A DNA stretch of 64,000 nt from assembly GCF_004010195.1 (NCBI RefSeq), contig NC_057753.1:6727894-6791893 (forward strand), given 5' to 3'. Every line of letters begins with the position of its first letter. The stretch's first letter is position 1. Origin of the DNA: Chiloscyllium plagiosum (lineage: Eukaryota). A program made the translations under genes and the position numbers. Under the pieces are notes generated by a model. The model saw nothing but the letters and a program-made list of their open reading frames with translations. It had not been told where the DNA came from and made no database searches. This document shows positions 13,505 to 25,822 of this stretch, piece after piece.

Positions 13505-13702
13505 GAGGTTAAAAACAATGACTGCAGATGCTGGAAACCAGATTCTGGGTTAGTGGTGCTGGAAGAGCACAGCAGTTCAGGCAGCATTCAAGGAGCTTCG
13601 AAATCGACGTTGATGAAGGGCTTTTGCCCGAAACGTCGATCTCGAAGCTTCTTGGATGCTGCCTGAACTGCTGTGCTCTTCCAGCACCACTAATCCAGAA
13701 TT
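13505..13702. mobile_element. Penelope-derived hairpin element with a hammerhead core in the loop
   Basis: Near-perfect inverted arms of about 70 bp (13541-13611 and 13632-13702) enclosing TGATGAAGGGCTTTTGCCCGAAACGTC. Confidence 0.8.
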
Positions 13703-13978
13703 CAATAACACGTGGTTACATACTGGCAGAGAAAGAGAGCTAAAACACGAGTTGAAGGACATGAATCGCAGGCATTGTGCCATCCATGTTCATCCGCACA
13801 TTCGTGATAAAAGACTGACACTTGACAGGCATGAAGACAGGTTACTGGTGACACGGATGTGAAGCTCTAAAATGCTGAATATCATAATGCTCAACAGATA
13901 CATTGTGTTTCAAAACGAATAATGTTTATGTGTTGATAAGCAGAATGGAGAAATATAAATAATCAAATACCCATTGTT

Positions 13979-14214
13979 GACCGTTAACCAGGCAGACCTG
14001 TCAATCACTTCAAAATTAAAGGCTATGAAGTGATTACATATTGGGGGAATGGTCCCAAAACTAAATGGAAAGTAAATGCTAGCAATATATTTTAATATTT
14101 CAGACATGATGACGAGCACGAATTTTGTCCTTGACATTGACACGAGATAATAAGTGATACATCCCGAGAACTTCATCTTCTCCTGAGACAGGATGACGTT
14201 CATTGCCAGCTTAG
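13979..14214 (-). pseudogene. GPCR gene A, truncated exon 2 (TM1-TM3 only)
   Basis: Acceptor ctctccattacag|CTAAG, then AKLAMNVILSQEKMKFSGCITYYLVSMSRTK...IYFP...IC...VIDRSAWLTV. Homology stops before the DRF motif; N1.50 and D2.50 are both replaced by K. Confidence 0.82.
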
Positions 14215-14534
14215 CTGTAATGGAGAGATCTCTGGATCCAGAACTGACCTGTAGCAAATGGACAACAGTCTGGTAAGCTAACGCATTATGAAAACTCATC
14301 TCGTGGTTTTGGGAACTGCACTTCGGGACCAGAGCTGAGCGGGAGGGAACGGAGAGCATCCAAGGAAGATAAGTGATTCTGATTCAGAGAGGGAAGCAGA
14401 AAAGTGACGTCACAAGAGAATGGTGAGTTGATTAACCAAAAAAGGGGCCCGGTAAATTTGAATCTGTGTTAAATTGAATCTTGTTAATTTATTGGTTACA
14501 GCAATGTTTTCGTTACATCATGCATAAGCGGTTA

Positions 14535-15015
14535 GAACATAGAACATAGAAGAATACAGCGCAGTGCAGGCCTTTCGGCCCTCGATGTTGCGCCGATCCA
14601 AGCCCACCTAACCTACACTAGCCCACTATCCTCCATATGATTTTCCAATGCCCGCTTAAATGCCCATAATGAGGGAGAGTCCACCACTGCTACTGGCAGG
14701 GCATTTCATGAACTCACGACTCGCTGAGTAAAGAACCTACCTCTAACATCAGTCCTATACCTACCCCCCCTTAATTTAAAGCTATGCCCCCTTGTAATAG
14801 CTGACTCCATACGTGGAAAAGGATTCTCACTGTCGACCCGATCTAAACCCCTAATCATCTTGTACACCTCTATCAAGTCACCCCTAACCTTCTTTTCTCC
14901 AAGGAAAACAACCCCAAGTGCCTCAGCCTTTCCTCATACGATCTTTCTACCATACCAGGCAACATCCTGGTAAACCTCCTCTGCACCCGTTCCAGTGTCT
15001 CCACATCCTTCCTAT
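14535..15015 (-). mobile_element. Younger CR1 LINE 3' end
   Basis: agaacatagaacatagaa tail (reverse complement of (TTCTATG)n) followed by the ORF2 C-terminus on the minus strand. Confidence 0.8.
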
Positions 15016-15597
15016 AAAATTAAATTTAAAAAAATTAACAAGATAAGAATGGAAAGTCAGAAGATATGTTGTTTCTGCACAATGTGAAAGCTGGTGGATC
15101 CCACGGATCACGTTTGTTGTAAACGTTGGTTGCAAGAAGAATTCCAGCTTAGAGTCGATGAGCTGGAGTCTGAGTTTCGAACACTGCGAGATATCCGGGT
15201 GGCATAGAGTTACCTGGATGCTGTGATTCAGGAGACAGTCATATATCGAAGCAAACTAAATCAAATACGGTGACACCATCAGGGACAGGAGGGTGTGTCT
15301 GTGAGAGAGGCAGGTAGAATGATGCAGTAGGCAGAGTTGCAGCAGTCTCAGCCCCTGTACATTTTCGAGAGGTTCAAGAGTTTTGCTTCTTGTGTGGATG
15401 GAAATGGGGACTTCAGGGCGGATGAACAAACTGACAGCAGCACCGTGGTCCAAGAAGCTATTGAACTTGTGGGAGAAGAAATAAATATAGTTGTAATTGT
15501 GGGCATTATAATTAGAGTTACAGACACTGTTCTGTGTGACCACGATCAAGAGTTCCAAATTTTGAGGTGCTGGTTTTGGACTGGGGTTTACGAAGTA

Positions 15598-15768
15598 AAA
15601 TATCATGCAAATCCAGGTTACAGTCCAATAGGTTTATCTGCAAGCACTAGCTTTCCGACTTCTGCTCCTTTGTCAAGTTGTTCACAATCACCTGATGAAG
15701 GAGCAGCGTTCCAAAAGCTACTGCTTCCAATTAAATTTGGACTATAACCTTGTGTTGTGTGATTTCAA
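15598..15768. mobile_element. Second family of Penelope-derived palindromic element
   Basis: Inverted arms aggttacagtccaa / ttggactataacct; internal CTGATGAAGGAGCAGCGTTCCAAAAGCTA (degenerate hammerhead core). Confidence 0.65.
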
Positions 15769-16350
15769 AAGAGTCACAAGGTTGTGTTGCATGACTATTG
15801 CTCGGATTCAGGATATCTCGTCTGAGTATAGAGAAATTTGGAGTGGGTGAGTAGAGGTCCAGTGGTCTTGGTCCACATCGACACCAACGTCGTAGACAAA
15901 ACGATGGCACATGTTCTGCGAAGGGGATATGAACAGCTTGGAGCTAAATTAAAAAGCAGAAACAAAATAATGATAATCGCTGGATTTCTTAGCTGAGCAA
16001 CAAGTTTATTGGCATAGAGACATTAAGATTAAGAAGGTGCTTGATTCACAGATTGGCGGGGAAGAAATATGTTTGAATTCACGTGACATTGGTGCCATGC
16101 TGGTGAAGAAAGGGGCTGTTCCAATGCAACAGTATTCATCTGAACAGTGCCGGGACCAGAATCCTAGAGAATCACATAACTACAGCTGCAGACAGGGCAT
16201 TAAAATACATGAGTGAGGACAGCGGGGTGGGGGGCAGACTGTCCAGATAATTAGAAAAAATAGAAATAAAAGAAGGACACAAGCGAGCAGAACTCATGAG
16301 AAGTTATTAAAATCTTCAACACTGACACAAAAAGTACAGAGTTTATACTA

Positions 16351-16653
16351 AGAATTAGATTAGATAACATTACAGTGTGGAAACAGGCCCTTCGGCCCAA
16401 CAAGTCCACACCGACCCGAAACCCACCCATACATTTGCCCCTTACCCAACACTACGGGCAATTTAGCATGGCCAATTCACCGGACCCTGCACATCTTTGG
16501 ACTGTGGGAGGAAACCGGAGCACCCGGATGTAACCCACGCAGACACGGGGAGAACGTGCAAACTCCACACAGTCAGTCGCCTCAGGCGGGAATTGAACCC
16601 GGGTCTCAGGCACTGTGAGGCAGCAGTGCTAACCACTGTGCCACCGTGCCGCC
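16351..16653 (-). mobile_element. tRNA-derived SINE, HE1/V-SINE-like
   Basis: Reverse complement has A-box GGTGGCACAGTGG, B-box GGGTTCAATTCC, the central GTGTGGAGTTTGCACGTTCTCCCCGTGTCTGCGTGGG domain and a (TCTAA)n tail. Confidence 0.9.
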
Positions 16654-19600
16654 TATAGCTAAGATAAGTGAGTCAAACTTCAAGCATTGGACAAACTGGA
16701 TAAACGGATGGCAACGAAAATAATGACAATGAATATTCGGTTGAAGGTGTTATTTCTGAATGCGTTCAGTCTAAGGAATAACGAAAATGGACATGTGGCG
16801 CATATCAAAATTGGCAGGTATGATGTGGCGGGCATTATGGAGCGATGGCTGCAGGGCCATTAGGATTATGAGCCGAATATTCAAGGGTATACATCTTATC
16901 GAAAAGTTAGGCAGATGGGCAGGAAAGTGGAGTTACCTTATCATTAAAACATGAAATCAAATCAGTAGTTCGAAACGAATTGGGGTCAGATGATGTAGAA
17001 TCGGACTGAGTAGAATTGAGCAAACGCAAAAGTTAAAAATAAAGGAGGGGTGATGTTCAGGTCTCTAAGCATTACTCACGAACTGGAGTACAAGGTACAA
17101 AATGATATAGATAAGATGTGTGTGAAAGGTAAAGTTACAGTAATCATAGGGGATTTCAATATGCAAGTCGAATGGGAACATCAGGTTAGTCATGGATTGC
17201 AAGAAAAGGAATTCGTGTAATATCTATGAGATGGCTATTTGGAGAGGGGGGCCCGGTAGGTGTCAGTCAGTGCTGGATGTTGTGTTGTGCAATCAGGCAT
17301 ACTTGATAAGGGAGATTAAGGTGAGTGAATCTTGAGGAGGTAGTGATCAAAATATGCCTGAATTTACTTTGCAATTTGTGAAGATGAAGATAGAACCAGA
17401 GGTAAAGGAATTGTAGCTGAATAAAGGCAACAACAGAGGTGTGAATGAGGAATTGGGTAGAATTGACTGGAGAAGGTGCCTCGCGTGAACTACAGTGCAA
17501 TAGCAATGGCAGTAGTTTGTGGGAGTAATTCAGGAGTCCGAGCAGTGATTCATTTCCAGGAAAAAAAATGCATGGTGCAGGGAGAGGGAGGCAATCATAG
17601 CTAATGGGAGAAGTCCCGAATAGGTAAACACAAAAGAGAAAGCATATAATATGGGGAAGAACAGAGGGAAACCCGAGGATTGGGAATCTTAATAAAAACA
17701 AGAGTGCAGCAAATAGTAATAGGAGAGACAAGATTTAATATGAGAGCAAGCCAGCTAATACCATAAAGGGCGTCAGGTTGTTTAGATATATAAAGGCCAA
17801 AAGATAAACAACGGTTAAATTTGGATGGCTGGAAAGGGACGCTTGAGTGATAGCAGAACAAAGAAGATTAAAGAAAATTTACAGCCCAGGCACAAGCCCT
17901 TCGGCCCTTCAAGCCTAAGCCAATTCAAATCGAGTCTCTAAATATGTCGCCCAATTCCTAAGTATCTGTATTCCTCTGCTTTCCTCCTACTCATGAATCT
18001 GTCCAGATGCATCTTAAATGAATTTAACCTCTGCTGGCAACGCTTTCCAGGCATGGGGAACAAGGAAATGGCAGAGCAACTGAATAATTACTTTGCATCA
18101 GGCTCTACAACAGCAACACAAGCAATATCCCAAAAATTCAAGACAGGGATGGGGCAGAGCTGAATATGATGTCCATCAACAAGGAGAAGGTGCCAGAAAA
18201 ACTGAATGGCCTGAACGTGGATAAGTCACCTGCACCGGGTGAATTACACCCCAGAGCTCTAACGGAGATAGCTGAAGAGCTACTGCAGGTGTTAGTGGCT
18301 ATTTTTCCGGAATTACTGGAAGCAGGGAGGGTTCCAGAGAACTGAAAAATCGCTAATGTAACACCCCTGTTTAAAAAAGGAATAAAGCAGTAAACAGAAA
18401 CTTACATACTGATTAGCCTAATCTCGGTCTCGCATAAGATCTTAGAAAACATTGTGAATGATGAGATTTTTGAAAACTTGAAAGTTTTTAGTAAAATAGG
18501 GCCACGTCAGCATGGTTTCCTCAAGGGGAGTTCATCGCTGACAAATCTGCTACAATTATTTGTAACAGGTTGGACTAAGGAGAGCCAATGCATTTTATCT
18601 ACCTGGACATCAAGAATTCCTTCCAAAGGATGTCACACTAGCATGGATAGAGGCTTGACTGTCTGGCAAAAAGCAGAGAGTGGGAATGAACGAGTCCTCC
18701 TCAGAATGGCAGCTAGTGACAAATGTTGTTTTTCCACAACGTTCAGTATTGGGACCACAACTTTTCTTGTTTTTCATTAACGATCTCGATGATGGGAGTG
18801 GGGCATGCTGGTTAAGTTTACAGACGATACAAAAACAGGTCGAGGGACTGATTAATGACGTGGGGAGACTGCAAAAGGATTTGGATAGGTTGGGAGAGTC
18901 AGCAAAGAAGTGGCAGATAGAGTACAACGTGCATAAGCGTAAGAAAATGTACTGTTGTAGAAAGAGTAGAGCCATGGACCATTTCCAAAATGGGCATAAA
19001 ATTCAGAATTCTGAAATGCAAAGAGACTTGTGAGTTCTAGTCCACGATTCTGTCAAGGTAAACTTGAAGGTTGAGTCAGTAGTTAAGAAGACAAATGCAA
19101 TGATGATATTGATTTTGAGAGGGCGTGACTATAATAGCAGTGGTGCAGTTGTCAGACTCCAAGAGGCTCTGGTCAGACCAAATCTGAAGGACTGTGAGTA
19201 GATTTGGACGCTATATCTCAAGAATCACATACTGGCCCTGGAGCGTGTTCAGAGAAGGTTCATGAGAATGACCCCCTGGAATGTAAAAATTAAATTATGA
19301 GGAACGTTTAGATTTTTTTCGCGTTTATACTTTGATGTAGTTTACAAGAATAAGGGGTACCTAGTTTAAAAACATAGAATACTGAATGGCCTTGAAACAT
19401 TAGATGCTTGAAAGATATTTCCATTAGTAGGTGAGAATATGACCCGAGCTTATAGCTTAAGAGTAAAGGGAAGGCATTTTAGAACGGCGATGAGGAGAAA
19501 CTTCTTCAGCCAGAGAGTGGTGAATTTATCAAATTAATTGCCACACAAGGGTGCGGAGGCCAGGTCATTGAGTTTATTTGAGTCTGAAACCGATACTTTC

Positions 19601-20774
19601 CTGAGTATCAAAAGGACCAAGGGTATTGGGGAGTAAGTTGGAGAATGGGATTGAGAAACTTGTCAGCCATGATCGAATGACAGAGCAGACCTGATTTTTT
19701 GAATAGCCTCATTTCTGCTCCTCTGTCCTCTGGTCTTTTCTTCAAATAGGTCAAGAGAAACAGGCAGATTAGCCTGCAAAATAATATAAACCTCATAATG
19801 TGGAAGCAGGTCGTTTTGCCCATTGAGTCCACACAGTTACTCAGAAGACCATCCCGTTTAGACACAATCCTCTCCACCTCTAAACCTCAATTTCCCATGG
19901 CTAATCCACCTTGTAGGCACATCTCTGAACACTATGAGCAATCTAGCATAGTCTGTCCTTCATAAATTTCGTAGTTTGGAAGCAGCCTTCTGCAGTAAGA
20001 TAAAGCCTATGCCAACATGCAATGAACGTGGAAAATCCACATAGATAGGTGCCCGAAACAATAACCCTATCCAGGACCCCAGCATTGGGAAGCAGCAGTT
20101 CTAAGGGCTGATCCAACATCCCACCCTAATGGGCATTTGAAGCACAGAGACAATAGTGAAGTTATTTATTCGACTCTGAACAAATTTATTTGTCTGAACG
20201 ACTCTTTTCTCTATTCTCCTGTGACAGGTCCTTGGACTGTGCATCAGCAAATAAATGTGGTCTATTACAAAAGAAATGTGAAGTATCCTAATTACAAATA
20301 CTGGAAGATTTAGAAGTAATCAAAAACAATTTCAAAGCATAAACACAAAGAGGTAAGAAAGAATAACATCCCAGCAACAAATTATGGAAAACATTGAATT
20401 ACTTGAATATCAAAAGAATCAAAAGAAGTGTTTGGGGTTTTCAGAAATACGAATTATGTTTCAGTGATGAGCAAATGCGGCTCTTTCCAACGAATTGCAA
20501 TGAAATTGTTCACTCTGACCAACGTTGCTTGTCAATTTCTTCAATGCGTTGAAACAGAACAAAATGAATTGCAAATTTGACAAAAAGCAATGGTATTGAT
20601 ACTTGGACATTGCTGAATTCTGAAATATTCCCTTACTAATCATCTGGGATATTCTGTGTTAATCTGAATTATTCGTCATAGCATTTATTGAGATATCATT
20701 CGGGTATACAGCTCCTACAATGTAATCCGAGCTTTGTGATGCACAACTCAGGCAAAACAAAAGGCCGATGTGAG

Positions 20775-21090
20775 GGGCGGCATGGTGGCTTAGTGGTTAG
20801 CAATGCTGCTTCTCAGCACCAGGTATCAGCATTCGATTCTAGCCTTGGGAAAATATCTGTGTGGAGTTTATTCATTCTCTCCGTGTCTGCTTCACTGTCC
20901 TCCGTGTGCTCTGGTTTCCTCCCACAATCCGAAGATATGCATGCCAGGTGAATTGGCCATAGTGTTAGATACATTCGTCTGGGGTAGATATAAGGTAAGG
21001 GCTTGGTTCTAGGTGGGTTACTCTTCAGAGGACTGGTGTGGACTTGTTGGGCCAAAGGTCCTGCTTCCATGCTGTAGCGAATCTAAACCA
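20775..21090 (+). mobile_element. HE1/V-SINE-like SINE
   Basis: Same A-box, B-box and central domain; more diverged. Confidence 0.85.
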
Positions 21091-21376
21091 AAAAAAAACC
21101 GATAGTATCGTAATTTATTAAACCAGAAATAAACAATATGTAAACTATTATGACACCAACCTAAAGCAGAGAAAATATGAAACATGTGACCAATCCGAAA
21201 TATTACTGGGTTCAAAGATTAAAAGAACATTCCAAATCAGCAGTTATGTCTTTAAAATTTTCAGTGAGAGTGCGTGCAACACTGGACAACTGGACTGAAG
21301 TGCTAAGAATTAGAAGCTGGGGGTAGACATATCACGCTGGTCAAACACCATTTCAGGTTGATAACTGATCTATTCA

Positions 21377-21558
21377 CAGTCTAGATTAGAGTGGTGCTGG
21401 AAAAACACAGCAGGTCAGGAAGCATCCGAGGAGCAGGAAAATCGACGTTTCGGGCAAACGTCCTGTTCCTCTGATGCTGCCTGACCTGCTGTGCTTTTCC
21501 TGCACCACTCTAATCTAGACTTTGGTTTCCAGCATCTGCAGTCCTTGTTTCTACCTAC
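21377..21558. mobile_element. Penelope-derived hairpin element with target-site duplication
   Basis: Inverted arms agtctagattagagtggtgc / gcaccactctaatctagact; flanks CTGATCTATTCA (21365-21376) and CTGATCTACTCA (21559-21570). Confidence 0.8.
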
Positions 21559-22149
21559 CTGATCTACTCAGCTACATCACGAATAGTAAACGTGGGGCAC
21601 CACAGTTATTAGAGAAAACAAAAATTGAACGCCTGGTCGATTCATAACAACCTTTTATATAAAACCTGTAATACTGAATAATTCGAATTTCCAACTTTGG
21701 AAGGAAATGCTTGATATTCACCTTATACATGCCCCTCAAAATTGATTTTTATTACATCATGTGACCCCTCAGCCTCCGACCACAATAAGAACAACAACCC
21801 AAGTTTGTCCAGTGTCTCCGCAAAGTTAATACACTACAAACTAGTCAACATCCTGCACTCACACCAAAGCCCCCACATTATTCTCATAAGGTTCGAAGAC
21901 CAGAAGTTTGCTTTGCACTCCAAAAATATGCTTACCAATATCTTGCATATTTAAAACCTGCCAACATTTCCACTCAACGTCCTCGAAAAAAAGGGATAAA
22001 CGTATGTCTCATCCCTTCTTTGTTAACTTATGTTGTCGCATGCAGCGAACTACGGATTGCCTGGATTAAACTCGATCTGCTATTTCTCTGCCTAACTTTC
22101 CAATTGATCTATATCCAAACCTATCAAACTGTGTGGCAACTTTGATGGA

Positions 22150-23960
22150 TCTAAGTACATGGACACCAATATCTCTCTGCTCATCTACACTAACGAGAAC
22201 CTTACCATTCGCCAGTACTCTGCATTCTTGTTAATTCTTCCAAACAGTAATCCCACATTGCTCTGCATTAAACTCGAATTGCCACCTATCAGCCCAGCTC
22301 TGCAGGTTATCTAAGTCGCTCTGCAACCTCCAACATCCTTTGGCACTATGTACAACTCTGCCAACCTTAGTGCCATCAGCAAATTTACTAACCCAACCTT
22401 CTACGCCCTACTCCAGGTCGGTTATAAAAATGATAAACAGCAGTGGATCCAAAACAGATCCATGCGTCAGCACAAGTAACTGACCACCAGGATGAATATT
22501 TCACATCAACCTCCACCCTCTGTCTTCATTCAACTAGCCCATTTTTGATCCAAACCGCTAAATCACCCTAAACCCCTTGCCTGCATATTTTGTGCAGTAC
22601 ACTTCGATGGGGAACCTTATCAAACGCATTACTGAAAGCCATATACACCACATCAACGGCTTTACCCTCGTTCCCCTGTTTAGTCGTCTTCACAAAGAAC
22701 TCAATAAGTTTTGTGAGGCACGACATACTCTCCACAAAACCGTGTCGACTCTGCAATCAAAGTATTCCTATCGAGATGATAATAAATTCTATCTCTTATA
22801 AATACTTCCAACACTTTATCCACAACTGATGTAAGGCTCACTGATCTATAATGAACAAGGTTTTCTCTACTCCCCTTTTTGAACAATGGAACAACATTTG
22901 CTATCCTCCAGTCTTCGGGCATTATTCCTTAGACAATGATGACATAAAGATCATAGCCAAAGACTCGATAATCTGCCCTGGCTTCCCAGAGTATCCTCGG
23001 ATAAATCCCATCCAGCACAGGGGATTATCTATTTTCAGAATTTCTAGAATTGCTAACATGTCCTCCTTATGAACCTCAATTCCGTCTAGATTAATAGCCG
23101 GTTTCTCAATATTCGCCTCGACCTTATTGTCATTTTCCAGTGTGAATACTGCTGGAAAATATTCATTTAGCGCTTCCCCATCTCCTCGCACTCCACGCTG
23201 TTTGGCCTAATCTTACTGTAATCATCCTTTTATCGCTTACATACCAAGAGAAAATGTTAGGTTTTTCCTTCTTCCTATCTGCCAACAACTTCTCATATCC
23301 CCTCCTTGCTCGTCTTAGCTCGCTCTGCAGGTCTTTTCTGGTTAGCTTGTAACTCCCAATCGTACTAACTGAGCCTTCACATATTATTATCTGACAAAAG
23401 CCTTCACCTTTCTCCAGACAACGGTTTCAACTTCCTGAGTAAACCACGGGTCAATCGCTTGACAACTTCCTCCCTGTCTGACAGGTGCATACTTATCAAG
23501 GGCACACAGTAGCTGTCCCTTCAATAAGGTCCACATTTTTATTGTGCCCTACCCCGGCAGTTTCCTTCACCATCCTTTGCATCCCAAACCTTGTCTAATC
23601 ACATCGTAATTGCCTTTCACCCAGCCGTAGCTCTTGTCCTCCGATGTGTATCGATCCCTTTCCATCACTAAAGGAAGCATAACTGAGTTGCGGTCACTAT
23701 TTCCAAAGAGCTCACCTAACTCCAAATCTAATGCCTGACCGAGTTCATTACCCAGTACCAAATCGTATTTTTCCTCGCTCCTTGTTGGACTGTCGATACA
23801 TTGTGTCCGAAAGCCCGCCTGCGCACATTGGACAAAAACTGACCAAGCTAACGTATTTGAACTGTACTATTTCAAGTCAATATTTGGGAAGTTGAAGTCA
23901 CCCATAATAACTACACTGACACTCTCGCTCATATCAAGAATCCTCTTTGCTGTCCTTTCC
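22150..23960 (-). mobile_element. CR1-type LINE ORF2 fragment (APE to RT)
   Basis: PEDWRIANVVPLFKKG, YRSVSLTSVV and VDVVYMAFSNAFDKVPH motifs. Confidence 0.88.
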
Positions 23961-25174
23961 CCTTTTCCAATTTATGTATTATGTAATTACATGCATTTCC
24001 TAATACATGTAAAATTATTTAGGGTTTTTTTTTATCTTCCTTGCCAACGACATTTCATTGCACCTTCCAGCCATCTTAACGTTTTTTTTAAATTTCATTT
24101 CTGTTATGCTCTTCACGGAAATTGTTTTGTTGGTGTATGCTGAAGCTTTCAAATATTTCTTTTTATCTAAACTTACAACTCTCATCATTCGAAGTTTCTG
24201 AATTTGTCGTCTTTAAATTTCATCCTCACAGGAACGTGTTGTTCCTGAAGTTTGGTCAACTAGCTTTTGAAAAGCTTCCAAATGGCAGATATGGATTTAC
24301 ATACAAACAGCTGCCGCCAGTAAGATCAAAGACAAATTACTCAGAATCATACAATAACTGTCGACGGCAATACGGTAACAGATCTACAATTATGCCTTGA
24401 AATCGATGCAAAAATGATCGATCCACATCGGCATGGGAATTAGGTATATTTATAATCAAGACAAATGTTGTCAGAAAAAAATAAATCCCATGATCAGGGA
24501 CACAATTGTTCGATGAGGCATTATTAGTAACAATACTCACATCATGTTCCAACATAACGTTTAAACGCATGTGAGTATTGCCAAAGCTGCAATGAAACTA
24601 TGGTGATATCATCATGACTTTCAATAACTGGACTCACAATTATACGATCAATAATGCAATGGAATTTTAGGTGCATTAACATAATACCATTCCGCTCACA
24701 CCGACAGTGTTAATACTGCAATAGAACTGTTTTCAGATCATACGGTGACAGTAAACGTGGCAAAAATATAATTATAGGAATTAAGTGGTCACCAACACTA
24801 GAAGATAGTTTTGCATTCAAGGGAATATCATATAAGCATTAAGAAGAATCTGTGAATAAAATCTTACATTAACTGCAAGGAAGGATATCGCCAATGCAAT
24901 TATATATCGTTGTGAAAATGAACGAAACAATGCAGTTAACCAATGATTGACATAGCTGGCACCGACTAACTAAATTGAGTGAAGCAAGGCAAACACAACA
25001 AGTCTGGCAGCATCTATGGAGCGAAAACAAAGTTAACTTTTCAAGTCTACTGACTCTGCTTCTGTTCAGGGTTTGTTTTATTTGTACTGAAGCTGACTAG
25101 CTGGCTGAATTTCTAAAGCAATTTATAACTTCTTTTCCAGACTTCAATTAACCACAGTTAAAGATCGAAAATAA

Positions 25175-25436
25175 TTACTTACAGAGTGGAAGCAGGCCCT
25201 TCGGCCCAACAAGTCCACACCGACCCTACGAAAGGCAACCCGCCCTTAACCCAATGCTATGGGTAAATTAGCATAGTCAATTCACCTAACTTTCACATTT
25301 TTGGGCTGGCAGAGTAAATCCACACAGACACGAGGAAAATGTGTAAACGCCACACAGCAAGTCGCCTAAGGTGGGAATTGAACCTGGGTCTCTAGCACGG
25401 CGAGGTCGCAGCACTAACCACAGGGCCACCGTGCTG
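25175..25436 (-). mobile_element. HE1/V-SINE-like SINE abutting the gene A exon-1 donor
   Basis: Homologous to 16351-16653; its 5' end starts about 5 nt after the GT donor. Confidence 0.85.
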
Positions 25437-25441
25437 CTTAC

Positions 25442-25514
25442 CAACGGTGACTCTAATCACTGCAAGGACAGGATAGTAAATGGCAAACACCAGACCTATT
25501 TCTATTCCATGCAT
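25442..25514 (-). pseudogene. GPCR gene A, exon 1 (MHGIEIGLVFAIYYPVLAVIRVTV)
   Basis: Clear paralog of gene B exon 1 (GLVFAIYYP); 73 nt with phase-1 donor G|GTAAG. Conserved GVP is altered to RVT. Confidence 0.8.
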
Positions 25515-25805
25515 TTCTAAGTTAAGTTCTGGACATGTCCGTTACTGCATTGAAAACCTGTTGAATTTTCAAACATCAACGTGGTAATTAAACTGAATTT
25601 TATTTATGTTGACCAAGCTACTGTAACGAAAGTAATAACTGCAACTGCTGCTCGGTTGGTACTCATGTTTTGATTGAATGGATGTTTACATTCCATGGAA
25701 TCGGAAATGCATCTATAATAATATACATAGTACAATGTTATTTGTATTTCTAAATTAAAACCAATAACTGTTTCAAAATTGGATCAATGCAAAGTAAATT
25801 GTATT

Positions 25806-25822
25806 GGCCACTGACTGCGCTG
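25806..25822 (-). promoter_or_regulatory. Conserved upstream motif of gene A (minus strand CAGCGCAGTCAGTGGCC)
   Basis: Matches 37787-37803; 13-bp core ACTGACTGCGCTG is identical. Confidence 0.5.

Larger units (their letters stand above)
14300..19735 (+). mobile_element. Old, degenerate full-length CR1-type LINE with several nested insertions, inside the gene A intron
   Basis: ORF1 start about 15048 (CCFCTM*KL); esterase remnant 15480-16200; APE 16740-17360; RT QHGFLKGSSSLTNLL and PQRSVLGPQLF; 3' tail about 19730. Confidence 0.8.

Noticed and set aside
14215..14359. N-terminal part of ORF 13910..14359
   Set aside because: It lies upstream of the acceptor, in intron and LINE 5' UTR sequence.
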